64,000 nucleotides of DNA from Acidobacteriota bacterium (GCA_003222815.1 QHXC01000418.1:111-64110), one strand, 5' to 3'. Positions 1 to 9,383 are shown, numbered from the stretch's first letter. Notes: generated by a model from the sequence alone, not told the origin. Translations and numbers: made by a program.

Positions 1-95
1 CGAAAAAAGTCAATTTGATTCACGTGTGCTCGCGGCTTTTTTGGATTCAATGAAGAAATAGCACGACTCATTTCAAGGAAGAAGGAGTAAAGGCA

Positions 96-1796
96 ATGAT
101 TGCCAAGAGATTCTTACTAGTTTCAGCTCTGCTGATCGCGCTAAGCATTAACGCAGCGGCGGCAACCAACATCATCGTTCAGACGACTAACGGCGCCGAT
201 ATCAATTCCATCGCGGCATCGCTCGGCGGCACGGTTCTGGATTCCATGCCTGGGGGCGCATATCTCCTGAGCGTTTCTTCAATGCCGACGGGGCCGCTGC
301 CGCAGGGTGTGCAGTCCATTGAGACCAATTCCAGTTTGATTCTCCCCAGGTTCAAAGGCGCTGTCTTGAGCACTCCTGGTGGTTCAGGCACGCTGCCATG
401 GTATGCGAATCAGCCTGCCATGAAGTTGATCCGGACGGCCGAGGCACAGACGCGCTCGACGGGACGGGGAGTGATCATCGCGGACATCGATGCTGCTGTC
501 GACGTTTCGCATCCCGCTCTGCGCGGGCATCTGACGACCGGCTACGACTTCATCGGGTCAGGTGGGCCCCGGACACGTACGGGCGCCACACTGGACCAAT
601 CCACGGCATCGTTCCTTGACCAATCGACGGCGTCGTTTCTGGATCAGTCGACCGCCTCGTTCCTGGATCAGTCGACCGCTTCGTTCCTGGATCAGTCGAC
701 CGCCTCGTTCCTGGATCAATCGACCGCTTCGTTCCTGGATCAATCGACCGCTTCGTTCCTGGACTCCAGCGCCGCCGGCCATGGGCACGCGACAATGGTC
801 GCTGGAATCTTGGTTGCGATCGCGCCGGATGCGCTGATCATGCCGCTCCGCGCCTTTGATGATAGCGGGACCGGTGACGCGTTCCAGGTTGCCAAGGCGA
901 TTCGATATGCGGTGCGCAACGGCGCCCATGTCATCAATTTAAGTTTGGGACTGTCGGATCAATCCAAGACTGTGGAGGCGGCGATCGCCTTCGCAGAAGC
1001 CAACAACGTGATCGTCGTCGCGTCTGCCGGAAACAGCGACAGTGCAGCCCCGCAGTATCCAGCGGTGCTCCCTGGCGTCCTCGGTGTAGCCGCCACCGAT
1101 CTGGATGACCTCAAAGCCACGTTCTCCAACTACGGCGAATCCGTTTTTGTTACAGCTCCCGGATTCAACATCATAACCGCCTATCCGGGCGGGTCCGCAG
1201 TAGCCTCCGGTACATCTTTTTCCACCGCATTTGTATCGGCCGAAGCGGCTCTCATTCGGTCGCTCACAACGAATGGAATTCAAGACGTGATCGCTGGCAG
1301 TTCGGTCAATATTGACGCGTTGAATACTTTCTACGCCGGACAACTGGGCAGCGGCCGAATCGACCTCTATGCCGCAGTGACTTCCCGATTCCAATCGACT
1401 CAGACGCCGGCATCGCGTCAGAGGGATCGGTACATCGTGATTTTCCGGCCTGGAAATTCTAAGGCGAACCGTGCGGCCGCGGCATCACGACATGGTGCTT
1501 CTCTCAGGTTCAACTACGACGTTGTGGATGCTATTGCGGTATCCGTGCCGAGTCAGGCGGTGTTGGCCCGGATGCGTCAGGATAGTGATGTGTTGGAGAT
1601 TATTCCCGACCGTCCCGTTTTCGTGCTCGGTGGAGGCGCGGGTGGAAGTGTCAGTACGAGCCAGGTCACTCCGGCCGGAGTGACGAAAGTCGGCGTGCCT
1701 ACAACGACGTCGAACGGCGCCGGAATAGGCGTCGCTGTCCTGGATACCGGAATTGATTTCAAGCAAACCCACCCCAATCCAAACCGTACTGCGTGA
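96..1796 (+). CDS. S8 family (subtilisin-like) serine peptidase; catalytic domain 1 with 7-8x LDQSTASF insertion, followed by I9 propeptide-like domain and the Asp-motif start of a second S8 domain
   Basis: Signal peptide MIAKRFLLVSALLIALSINAAAA. S8 motifs present: Asp region GVIIADIDAAVD, His HGHATMVAG, Asn SAGNS, Ser GTSFSTAFVSAEAALI. Residues ~440-505 (RYIVIFRPG...LEIIPDRPVF) resemble an I9 inhibitor/propeptide. The C-terminal end GVAVLDTGID is a second S8 Asp motif, and the ORF stops at 1796 immediately after it. Confidence 0.8.
   Translation: MIAKRFLLVSALLIALSINAAAATNIIVQTTNGADINSIAASLGGTVLDSMPGGAYLLSVSSMPTGPLPQGVQSIETNSSLILPRFKGAVLSTPGGSGTLPWYANQPAMKLIRTAEAQTRSTGRGVIIADIDAAVDVSHPALRGHLTTGYDFIGSGGPRTRTGATLDQSTASFLDQSTASFLDQSTASFLDQSTASFLDQSTASFLDQSTASFLDQSTASFLDSSAAGHGHATMVAGILVAIAPDALIMPLRAFDDSGTGDAFQVAKAIRYAVRNGAHVINLSLGLSDQSKTVEAAIAFAEANNVIVVASAGNSDSAAPQYPAVLPGVLGVAATDLDDLKATFSNYGESVFVTAPGFNIITAYPGGSAVASGTSFSTAFVSAEAALIRSLTTNGIQDVIAGSSVNIDALNTFYAGQLGSGRIDLYAAVTSRFQSTQTPASRQRDRYIVIFRPGNSKANRAAAASRHGASLRFNYDVVDAIAVSVPSQAVLARMRQDSDVLEIIPDRPVFVLGGGAGGSVSTSQVTPAGVTKVGVPTTTSNGAGIGVAVLDTGIDFKQTHPNPNRTA
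591..782 (+). repeat. 24-bp in-frame tandem repeat, 7 near-identical copies plus 1 degenerate copy (CTGGATCAGTCGACCGCYTCGTTC), encoding LDQSTASF
   Basis: Direct reading: seven units occupy 591-758 and a degenerate eighth 759-782. All three frames on both strands stay open across the array, which produces the spurious ORFs 550..795, 558..929 and 562..837. Confidence 0.95.
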
Positions 1797-2491
1797 AGGT
1801 GCTCGATTCCACGGGCGCCGGATCGGACTCCAGCATCATTGCCGGACTGGACTGGATCTACACCAACGCGAATCTGGTAACACCGACGATTCGAGTGGCA
1901 AACATGAGTTTCGGCCGGAACGGCACGATTACCGACAACTCCGCATATCGGACTGCGGTCCAGCGGCTCTACAACATGGGTGTCTTGATGGTTGTCGCCG
2001 CCGGCAACGACCGGACGAAGGAAGTCTCGCAAATCGTGCCTGCGGCGTACCCTGAAGTGATCAGTGTGGCCAGTACGACGGCCATCGATGGCACGAACGC
2101 TTGCAAGACCTATGCGTCCAAAATCTACGCGGATACAGCGTCCTACTTCACGACGGATGGCCGCTTCGATCCGACGACCAGAGTCGGCGTGACGGTGTCG
2201 GCGCCTGGCGAGGACAAGGAAGATCTCAACTCTTCATGCGCCGCAGTTCCGCTCGGCATTCTGTCTCTGAAGCTTGGCGGGGGAACGATTCGGTACTATG
2301 GAACGAGTATGGCCGCCCCGCATATTGCCGGTGTTGTCGCCCGTATGATGCAAGCCGGACAGTCGGGTGTCGAGAACATCCGCACACAGCTTCGCTCCAC
2401 CGCACAGAAGGTGGGGACCGCTCCATTGAATTCGGTCATCACCGGCTATACCTTTGACGGAGAACGCGAAGGGGTCGCCAAGGCCCCATAG
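1793..2491 (+). pseudogene. 3' portion of second S8 catalytic domain (substrate-binding, oxyanion Asn and catalytic Ser motifs), out of frame with upstream Asp-motif part; His-motif region missing
   Basis: The translation YCVKVLDSTGAGSDSSIIAGLDWI...NMSFG...VVAAGND...GTSMAAPHIAGVVARMM is canonical subtilase. It sits in a different frame from 96..1796. The roughly 35 aa between DTGID and the post-His segment (D..GHGTHVAG) are absent. Confidence 0.7.
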
Positions 2492-2513
2492 GTAACTCAG
2501 GAGCGGCAAAAGA

Positions 2514-2593
2514 AAACGCGGGCTAAAGCCCGCGGCTACATTCAGGCTTCCACATGATCCTTGAGTGTAGTCGCGGGCTTTAGCCCGCGTTTT
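2514..2593. repeat. REP/MITE-like nested palindromic element (two inverted copies of AACGCGGGCTAAAGCCCGCGRCTACAT flanking a ~30-bp spacer)
   Basis: Sequence aacgcgggctaaagcccgcggctacat...gtagtcgcgggctttagcccgcgtt. The same element recurs at 14042-14108, 21022-21053, 33529-33608 and 38390-38408. Confidence 0.85.
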
Positions 2594-2596
2594 CTT

Positions 2597-3028
2597 TTAC
2601 TTCGTATCTTCCAATAACTTCATGACGCGATCCCGCACCGGGTTCGGTTTCGCCTCCGCGACATACAACCGAAGTTCGTGAACAGCGGACAGTGGTTTCC
2701 CCTGGCGCAAATCGATCTTTCCGAGCAACAGATGCACATCGGCAACACGATGTGGATGTTGATGAGCCTGGAGACACAGTTGCGCGGCCTCCTCAAGGCG
2801 ACCCTGTTCGAAACGGATCAGGGCCAAACCGTAATATCCGTCACCTTCGGACGGACTCCGTCGGATTGCCTTTGTCAGGACTTCCTCAGCTTCCGGCATC
2901 CTGCCTTGGCGAGAATAGAGATCGGCCAGGTTAAGCGCCGGATATACGGAAGAACTCCGAGACACCGCCTGTTTGAACGCCTCTTCGGCAAGTTTCAGGT
3001 CTTTTAGAACAACGTAACAATTGCCCAT
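2597..3028 (-). CDS. TPR repeat protein
   Basis: TPR-like helical repeats (AEEAFKQAV..., YYGLALIRFEQGRLEEAAQL...). The frame stays open upstream of the ATG back to a stop near 3180 with no canonical start, so the N-terminus is uncertain. Confidence 0.55.
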   Translation of the reverse strand: MGNCYVVLKDLKLAEEAFKQAVSRSSSVYPALNLADLYSRQGRMPEAEEVLTKAIRRSPSEGDGYYGLALIRFEQGRLEEAAQLCLQAHQHPHRVADVHLLLGKIDLRQGKPLSAVHELRLYVAEAKPNPVRDRVMKLLEDTK

Positions 3029-3202
3029 GGCATCGCGTGCATCGGCGTATGCCCCAAAGATTTCTATTGCCTTACGAAGGTGCTCGAGCGCACCTGGACA
3101 GTCGTCTCTACGAAGCTTCTTTTGAGCGCTCTTGAATTGACGCCGGGCCGAACCGGGAATTTGATATTCAGCTACTGCACGGAAACGCTAACGGATAACG
3201 TA

Positions 3203-5863
3203 TCACCGTCTCGACCTCATGTCGCTCGATGTACCACAGGCGGCGGGGATGTAACACTTGAGCGTGTAATCCATGACCATTCGGTCGGCATTGAATCGCC
3301 AACCCAACGTTCGGATGGTTCGTTTCATGCGCTTAATCCAACCACGCGGCAGGCCATCATGGTCGCGATCATAGTAAAGTGGAATCACCTTTTCTCGGAG
3401 AACGCGATATAAGTCATCGGCGTCTCGAAGATCGTGAAGCTCGGTATTGGAGTGCGTTCTGCCATTACCGATCGCAAAGCCGTTCAGTCCGTCGTAAGCT
3501 TCGGCCCACCATCCGTCCAAAATCGAAAGGTTGAGACCACCATTCAAGACGACTTTTTGACCACTAGTGCCAGATGCCTCCAGCGGCCTGCGGGGATTGT
3601 TCAGCCACACATCGACGCCCTGTACGAGATGACGTCCGACGTTGATGTCGTAATCCTCGAGGAACACAAACTTGTCGGCGAACTGCGGGTTGCGCATCAA
3701 CTGTGAAACCTCTTGCAACATCCGCTTACCCGGCTCATCGAGCGGGTGCGCTTTACCGGCAAAGACGAATTGCACCGGACTCTTCGGGTCATTGACCATC
3801 GAGGCCAGCTTCTCAATATCCACCAGGATCAAATCGGCCCTTTTGTAAGTAGCAAACCGGCGGGCAAATCCGATGGTCAACACATCCGGACTGAGCACGC
3901 GGCCAAGTCTTTGCAGCGTTTCCTGCGGCTCGCCTCGGCGCTTCCCCTGTTCCACTGCGCGGCCTCGCACAAATTCGAGAAGCTGCAATTTCAGGCTCAG
4001 ATGCGTCTCCCAGAGCTCGGCATCGTCGAGGCTTTCAATTCCCTCCCAGATTCCGGCGTCACCCGTGCGCTCGCGCCAACCGGTGCCGAAATGGCGGTCG
4101 TAGAGACGGGCCATTTGAGGCGCCAACCAGGAAGGCACATGCACGCCATTTGTAATGTGTCCGATGGGGACCACGTCCTCGGGCTTGCCGGGATACAGCG
4201 CTGTCCACATCGAGCGGCTGACCTCGCCGTGCAGAGCCGAGACGGCATTCGCGCGCCGTGACAATTTTAAACCCAAGACGGTCATACAAAACTCCTCATG
4301 GGGGTTGCTCGGATTCTCACGTCCGAAAGCCATCAGTCTTTCCTGGGAGAGGCCGAGCAACACGCGCAGAGGTCCAAGATGCTCCTCGATGAGATGAGCG
4401 TTGAACCGATCGTGGCCGGCGGGCACCGGTGTGTGCGTGGTGAAGACCACTTCCCGCGAGACGCGGGCGGCTGCAGCGTCAAAGCTCAATCCTTCGTCTT
4501 GCATGCGGGTGTGAATCGCTTCGAGCACCGCAAATCCACTGTGTCCTTCGTTGAGGTGAAGCACACCGGGGGTGACGCCCATGGCTCTCAAAGCGCGGAA
4601 CCCTCCGACGCCAAGCAGCAACTCCTGACGGATCCGGACGCGTCCATCTCCACCATATAACCGCGAAGTGAGTTCGCGATCCTCGCGATCGTTGCCTTCG
4701 ACGTTCGAGTCGAGGAGAAGCAGATCGCATCGTCCAACCTGGACTCGCCACACTCTTGCCTGAATCGAGCCGCCGCGCGTCTCGATCTGAATAGTGACCG
4801 GTTCGCCCCTCGTTCCTATAGCCGGTTCCATCGGCAACTGATTGATATCGGTCTCGAGATATTCTTCCTGCTGCCAGCCATTCCAATCCAGCCGCTGCCG
4901 GAAATATCCCTGACCATAAAACAAACCGATACCCACCAGAGGAATATCCAGATCGGAAGCACTCTTGATGTGATCCCCAGCCAGGACACCCAATCCCCCG
5001 GAATATATGGGAATCGACTCATGCAAGCCGAATTCAGCCGAGAAGTACGCCACGGGGCGAGGCCGCAAAATGCCCGCATGGGTCGCGCCCCAGGTCCGGT
5101 CGGCCTCCAGGTACTCGCGCTGCCGGCGATAGGCGTAGTTGATCCGGCTGTGCAGGACAAGTTCGGCGACCCGGCGGTCGATCCCCTGCAGCGGGATCTC
5201 ACCAAGCAGCGAAATGGGATTGTGATTGAGCTGCTTCCAACGAACCGGATCGAGATCGCGGAGCAGACTCGTGGAATCGTTGTCCCAACTCCACCACAGA
5301 TTGCGCGCGAGCGACCACAGCCGCTCTTGTGCGGGAGCGATAAAGCGGTCTAGCGTGCGAGCTTCGCTTACCACGGCAGCAACCTGGGACGCCGCCTCAA
5401 TCAGCATGCGGACCTCGTTCTCCCGAAAGACGCGGGGATCGACCGTTTGAACGACGAGAACACCCTGGAGAACGCCTCGATCAATGAGCGGAACACCGAG
5501 GAAAGATTGGTAAGCATCCTCGCCGGCCTCACTGAAATATTTAAAGCGCGGATGATTCCTGACTTGTTCAACGGCAACCGGACGAACCTGCTCGGCAACG
5601 AGTCCCGCGAGACCCTCATGGAGTGACATGCGCAGAGTGCCAACACATTCATGGCGAAGTCCAAGCGTCGCCGCCAGGACAAGGTTGGCTCGATCGGGCT
5701 CCAACAAGTACGCCGAACACACATTAGTTTGGAAACGCCTGGCGATCAACGCGACGACGTGCATCAGCGTGTCGGCGGGTTTTCCGGCCTCCTTCGCCAG
5801 TTCCGCAATTTCTTCCAGAGTCAAAACATGACTGCTGTCACGGTCGTGCGTGGTTTTGCTCAT
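3203..5863 (-). CDS. glgP: alpha-glucan (glycogen/maltodextrin) phosphorylase, GT35 family, with N-terminal GAF domain
   Basis: 886 aa. The N-terminal ~170 aa are GAF-like (NVCSAYLLEPDRANLVLAATLGL...). The remainder matches the alpha-glucan phosphorylase family (YFSAEFGLHESIPIYSGGLGVLAGDHIKSASDLDIPLVGIGLFY; FARRFATYKRADLI; FAGKAHPLD). Confidence 0.85.
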   Translation of the reverse strand: MSKTTHDRDSSHVLTLEEIAELAKEAGKPADTLMHVVALIARRFQTNVCSAYLLEPDRANLVLAATLGLRHECVGTLRMSLHEGLAGLVAEQVRPVAVEQVRNHPRFKYFSEAGEDAYQSFLGVPLIDRGVLQGVLVVQTVDPRVFRENEVRMLIEAASQVAAVVSEARTLDRFIAPAQERLWSLARNLWWSWDNDSTSLLRDLDPVRWKQLNHNPISLLGEIPLQGIDRRVAELVLHSRINYAYRRQREYLEADRTWGATHAGILRPRPVAYFSAEFGLHESIPIYSGGLGVLAGDHIKSASDLDIPLVGIGLFYGQGYFRQRLDWNGWQQEEYLETDINQLPMEPAIGTRGEPVTIQIETRGGSIQARVWRVQVGRCDLLLLDSNVEGNDREDRELTSRLYGGDGRVRIRQELLLGVGGFRALRAMGVTPGVLHLNEGHSGFAVLEAIHTRMQDEGLSFDAAAARVSREVVFTTHTPVPAGHDRFNAHLIEEHLGPLRVLLGLSQERLMAFGRENPSNPHEEFCMTVLGLKLSRRANAVSALHGEVSRSMWTALYPGKPEDVVPIGHITNGVHVPSWLAPQMARLYDRHFGTGWRERTGDAGIWEGIESLDDAELWETHLSLKLQLLEFVRGRAVEQGKRRGEPQETLQRLGRVLSPDVLTIGFARRFATYKRADLILVDIEKLASMVNDPKSPVQFVFAGKAHPLDEPGKRMLQEVSQLMRNPQFADKFVFLEDYDINVGRHLVQGVDVWLNNPRRPLEASGTSGQKVVLNGGLNLSILDGWWAEAYDGLNGFAIGNGRTHSNTELHDLRDADDLYRVLREKVIPLYYDRDHDGLPRGWIKRMKRTIRTLGWRFNADRMVMDYTLKCYIPAACGTSSDMRSRR

Positions 5864-5926
5864 GATGCCGGTAACTCCTCCGAACGGGCCGCCAATTCGC
5901 TTTGACCTGAAGAATTCACGTTGGAA

Positions 5927-5963
5927 ACAAAAAAAACGCCTCGAAATGCCGCTCCAGGCGGTT
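5927..5963 (-). terminator. Intrinsic terminator-like hairpin plus T-run downstream of ettA (minus strand)
   Basis: On the minus strand: CCGCCTGGAGCGGCATTTCGAGGCG followed by TTTTTTTT. Additional short palindromes lie between 5964 and 6090. Confidence 0.45.
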
Positions 5964-6095
5964 TCCGGGACGTCTTCGTCGTCGTTCGAACGCTGACAGC
6001 GGTATCAGCGTCGATCGGTATTGCTTTGTACCCTTTGAGTTTTCTAAACTACCGCTCGACCGCTGTCAAGCGGTTTTCCCGGCTGTGCTTTTTCG

Positions 6096-7775
6096 TTACC
6101 GTGTTAAATGCCGGTACTTGATCCGGTGGGGCTGATCGGCGGCAGAGCCGAGGCGGGCACGGCGGTCGGCTTCGTAGTCGGAGTAATTACCTTCGAACCA
6201 GACCACTCGGCTGTCGCCTTCAAAGGCGAGAATGTGCGTGGCTACTCGATCCAGGAACCAGCGGTCGTGACTGATCACAACGGCGCAGCCCGCAAAATGT
6301 TCCAGCGCTTCTTCGAGAGCGCGAAGCGTGTTTACGTCGAGGTCGTTTGTCGGTTCGTCCAGCAACAGAACGTTCGCTCCCTGCTTCAGCATCTTGGCAA
6401 GATGCACCCGGTTCCTCTCCCCGCCCGACAGAGTTCCGACTTTCTTCTGCTGATCTGTTCCCGAAAAATTGAACCGCGCAACGAAGGCCCGCGAATTGAC
6501 TTGCCGTGAGCCGAGTTCAACCGTATCCAAACCGTCGGAGATTTCCTCCCAGACGGTCTTGTTCGCACTGAGCACGCGGCTTTGGTCCACGTAGGCCAGC
6601 TTCACGGTCTCGCCAAGGCGGATGGATCCTCCATCCGGCTGCTCCTGCCGGGTGACTAGCCGGAATAACGTCGTCTTGCCCGCGCCGTTTGGTCCAATGA
6701 CTCCAACAATTCCGCCTGGAGGCAAACGAAAGTTCAGATCCTCAAACAAGAGCCGATCGCCATATGCCTTTTTCAGGGCGTCCGCCTCAATCACGACTTG
6801 ACCCAGCCGAGATCCAGGCGGAATGTAAATCTCCAGATCCTGCGCGCACTTTTCGCTCTCCTGACTCAACAGTGCCTCGTATGAATGGATGCGCGCCTTT
6901 CCCTTGGCGTGCCTTCCTTTCGGCGACATTTGGATCCATTCCAACTCCCGCTGAAGCGTTTTCTGACGCTCGGTCTGGGTCTTCTCTTCCTGCTGCAGCC
7001 GCACCCGTTTTTGTTCGAGCCACGAAGAATAATTCCCTTCCCACGGAATCCCATGTCCGCGATCCAATTCCAGGATCCATCCCGCGACGTTGTCGAGGAA
7101 GTAGCGATCATGAGTGACGGCAATTACGGTGCCAGCGTACTGCTGGATATGGTGTTCGAGCCAGGCAACGGATTCGGCGTCGAGATGATTCGTGGGCTCA
7201 TCCAAAAGAAGGATGTCGGGTTTTTGCAACAAAAGACGGCAAAGGGCGACGCGGCGCTTTTCTCCGCCGGATAAGATGCCCACCAAGGTGTCCGGCGGAG
7301 GACAGCGAAGCGCATCCATGGCCATCTCGAGCCGGGAGTCCAGATCCCAGGCTTCGCAGGCGTCGACTTGCTCCTGGACCTTACCCTGGCGCTCGAGCAA
7401 GGCGGACATCTCGTCATCGGGCATCGGTTCGGCGAATTTCGCGTTGATCTGGTCGAACTCCCGCAGAAGATCGACAATCGGCTGCACTCCTTGCTCGACA
7501 ATCTCACGGACGGTTTTGGCCGGATCGAGTTGGGGTTCCTGTTCGAGATATCCTATCGTGTAGCCTGGCGAGACCGCAGTTTTGCCTTGAAAGTCCTCAT
7601 CCACGCCGGCAAGGATGCGCAGCAGCGAACTTTTTCCCGAGCCATTCAGACCGATGACACCAATCTTCGCGCCGTAGAAATAGGACAGATAGATGTCTTT
7701 GAGGACAGCCTTCTTGTCGTAGTACTTGCTTACTCCAATCATGGAGTAGATGACTTTGTTTGGAACTGTACTCAT
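6096..7775 (-). CDS. ettA: ABC-F family ATPase, energy-dependent translational throttle EttA
   Basis: 559 aa. Two ABC ATPase cassettes ([22 protein letters not shown]; [22 protein letters not shown]). End-to-end similarity to EttA/YjjK, with an N-terminus [12 protein letters not shown] like that of EttA. Confidence 0.9.
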   Translation of the reverse strand: MSTVPNKVIYSMIGVSKYYDKKAVLKDIYLSYFYGAKIGVIGLNGSGKSSLLRILAGVDEDFQGKTAVSPGYTIGYLEQEPQLDPAKTVREIVEQGVQPIVDLLREFDQINAKFAEPMPDDEMSALLERQGKVQEQVDACEAWDLDSRLEMAMDALRCPPPDTLVGILSGGEKRRVALCRLLLQKPDILLLDEPTNHLDAESVAWLEHHIQQYAGTVIAVTHDRYFLDNVAGWILELDRGHGIPWEGNYSSWLEQKRVRLQQEEKTQTERQKTLQRELEWIQMSPKGRHAKGKARIHSYEALLSQESEKCAQDLEIYIPPGSRLGQVVIEADALKKAYGDRLLFEDLNFRLPPGGIVGVIGPNGAGKTTLFRLVTRQEQPDGGSIRLGETVKLAYVDQSRVLSANKTVWEEISDGLDTVELGSRQVNSRAFVARFNFSGTDQQKKVGTLSGGERNRVHLAKMLKQGANVLLLDEPTNDLDVNTLRALEEALEHFAGCAVVISHDRWFLDRVATHILAFEGDSRVVWFEGNYSDYEADRRARLGSAADQPHRIKYRHLTR

Positions 7776-7790
7776 CAGAACGGGACTGAA

Positions 7791-8234
7791 CTACCCGGGG
7801 GTCGAGAAACTCGCCAGCGCTTCCTGCTCGGACTCGTGCACATCGAAAACAGTGTACAGTTTGGTGAACTGGAGCAAGTCCGTGACCTGCCGGCCGGGGT
7901 TGCTGAGCTTCATTTGACCCCATGTTTTCCGCTCTTTGCTCTCACACTGCGGGCAGGGATCCCAGTTTCCATCTTCATCTTTGAAAACCGTCGCGCCACA
8001 GGACGTGCAGATTGTCTGCGTCACGGTGCCGATGGCCATGATCAACTCGCCGAGACCGCTGCTATCGATGTAAGAAACATCTTTCAAATTGAGAAGGATC
8101 TTATGGTGCCCGTTCGCGACTTCATCGCGGATCGCCTGCCGGAAAGCCGCGACCGCGTCACCGGCAGTAATCCTTCCGGCAAGATCTACAATAAAGACTC
8201 CATCCGCCCTTCTTGTTGATAATTTGAAATCCAT
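7791..8234 (-). CDS. STAS-domain anti-sigma-factor antagonist-like protein with embedded C4 zinc-ribbon (CTSCG...CPQC)
   Basis: STAS motif: ILLNLKDVSYIDSSGLGELIMA. Inserted Cys4 motif: CTSCGATVFKDEDGNWDPCPQC. C-terminal LQFTKLYTVFDVHESEQEAL is typical SpoIIAA-like. Confidence 0.7.
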   Translation of the reverse strand: MDFKLSTRRADGVFIVDLAGRITAGDAVAAFRQAIRDEVANGHHKILLNLKDVSYIDSSGLGELIMAIGTVTQTICTSCGATVFKDEDGNWDPCPQCESKERKTWGQMKLSNPGRQVTDLLQFTKLYTVFDVHESEQEALASFSTPG

Positions 8235-8262
8235 ACTCTCCTCCCGAAATGGGGACGTAGCC

Positions 8263-9279
8263 CTATGTCCCCATTTTCCGGCTGACTTCCGGCACCCACT
8301 CGATAATCGCTTTCAATATCGTATCCGGATCAACGCGCTCCGCCTCGCCTTCAAAATTCAAAATAACCCGATGCCGGAGCGCCGGTAAGACGACGTGCCG
8401 TATATCTTTATATGCGACTTCCGTACAGCCGCTAAGCAGCGCTCGGACTTTGCCGCCGATGATCAGTGCTTGAGCGCCTCGCGGGCTGGCGCCGTATCGC
8501 AGGTATTTCTTTGTTTGCTCGTGAGCGAGCGGTGTGGTCGGCTGGGTGGCCATGATGATGCGGATCGCGTAATCCTGAACGGCATCCGAAATAGGAACGG
8601 CCAACGCGACTTCTCGAAGCTGCAGGATCTTCTCGCCATCCCAGACGCGTTCGACCTTCGGCTCCTCAAGGTACGTTGTGCGGTCCAGAATCGTGTGTAT
8701 ATCGTCCACACCGGGAAAGTCCATCCGCAGCTTCAGAAAAAACCGGTCAAGCTGTGCTTCCGGCAGTGGATACGTGGCTTCGAGTTCCAGCGGGTTGAGA
8801 GTAGCCAGGACAACAAACGGGTGCTCCAACTGGTACGTCTGCTTACCCACCGTCACCGTCTTTTCCTGCATCGCTTCCAAAAGCGCAGACTGCGTTTTCG
8901 GCGTCGCGCGGTTGATTTCGTCTGCAAGAATGATATTGGCGAAAATCGGACCTGGCTGAAAGTCCAGAAACTTGTCGCCATGCTCGTTTTCCTGAACTAC
9001 ATTGGTTCCGACGATGTCGGCCGGCATCAAGTCCGGAGTGAATTGAATTCGAGATGACCGGAGATGGAGCGCATCGCTGAGAGTCTGGACCAGTTTGGTT
9101 TTGCCGAGTCCGGGCACTCCCTCGAGCAAGACGTGGCCTTTGCCAAGAATGGTCATCAAGATATCGTCGATGAGATCGGAATACCCGACGATAATCTTCG
9201 AAATCTCGTTGTGCACACGCCGAAAGTCCGCCTGAAACGAGTCTATCTGACGCTCAAGATCGGATACAGGGTTGCTCAT
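8263..9279 (-). CDS. MoxR-family AAA+ ATPase
   Basis: Walker A LLEGVPGLGKT, Walker B ILADEINRA, and the MoxR-typical C-terminal region. Confidence 0.9.
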   Translation of the reverse strand: MSNPVSDLERQIDSFQADFRRVHNEISKIIVGYSDLIDDILMTILGKGHVLLEGVPGLGKTKLVQTLSDALHLRSSRIQFTPDLMPADIVGTNVVQENEHGDKFLDFQPGPIFANIILADEINRATPKTQSALLEAMQEKTVTVGKQTYQLEHPFVVLATLNPLELEATYPLPEAQLDRFFLKLRMDFPGVDDIHTILDRTTYLEEPKVERVWDGEKILQLREVALAVPISDAVQDYAIRIIMATQPTTPLAHEQTKKYLRYGASPRGAQALIIGGKVRALLSGCTEVAYKDIRHVVLPALRHRVILNFEGEAERVDPDTILKAIIEWVPEVSRKMGT

Positions 9280-9319
9280 CGGACGAAGGTTATCTCATTC
9301 AGTGGAACTCAAGCCAGCA

Positions 9320-9383
9320 GGAATTATGGGGACAGAGACCGAATTCTGAAGTTCAAGAATTCGGTCTCTGTCCCCATAATTCC
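9320..9383. promoter_or_regulatory. Perfect 27-bp inverted repeat (GGAATTATGGGGACAGAGACCGAATTC / 10-nt spacer / GAATTCGGTCTCTGTCCCCATAATTCC) in the divergent moxR / GDPD intergenic region
   Basis: Direct reading: arms 9320-9346 and 9357-9383 are exact reverse complements, with spacer tgaagttcaa. It lies 41 bp upstream of the moxR start and 25 bp upstream of the GDPD start. Confidence 0.9.

Noticed and set aside
550-929. ORFs 550..795(-), 558..929(-), 562..837(+) with repetitive PGTKRS / IQERSGRL / SWISRP peptides
   Set aside because: Artefacts of the 24-bp tandem repeat being open in all six frames. The S8 protease frame has full-length family support.
3713-5353. Plus-strand ORFs (3713..4261, 4298..4660, 4970..5353 and others) inside glgP
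   Set aside because: Antisense to a strongly supported 886-aa phosphorylase. GC-rich antisense frames commonly stay open.
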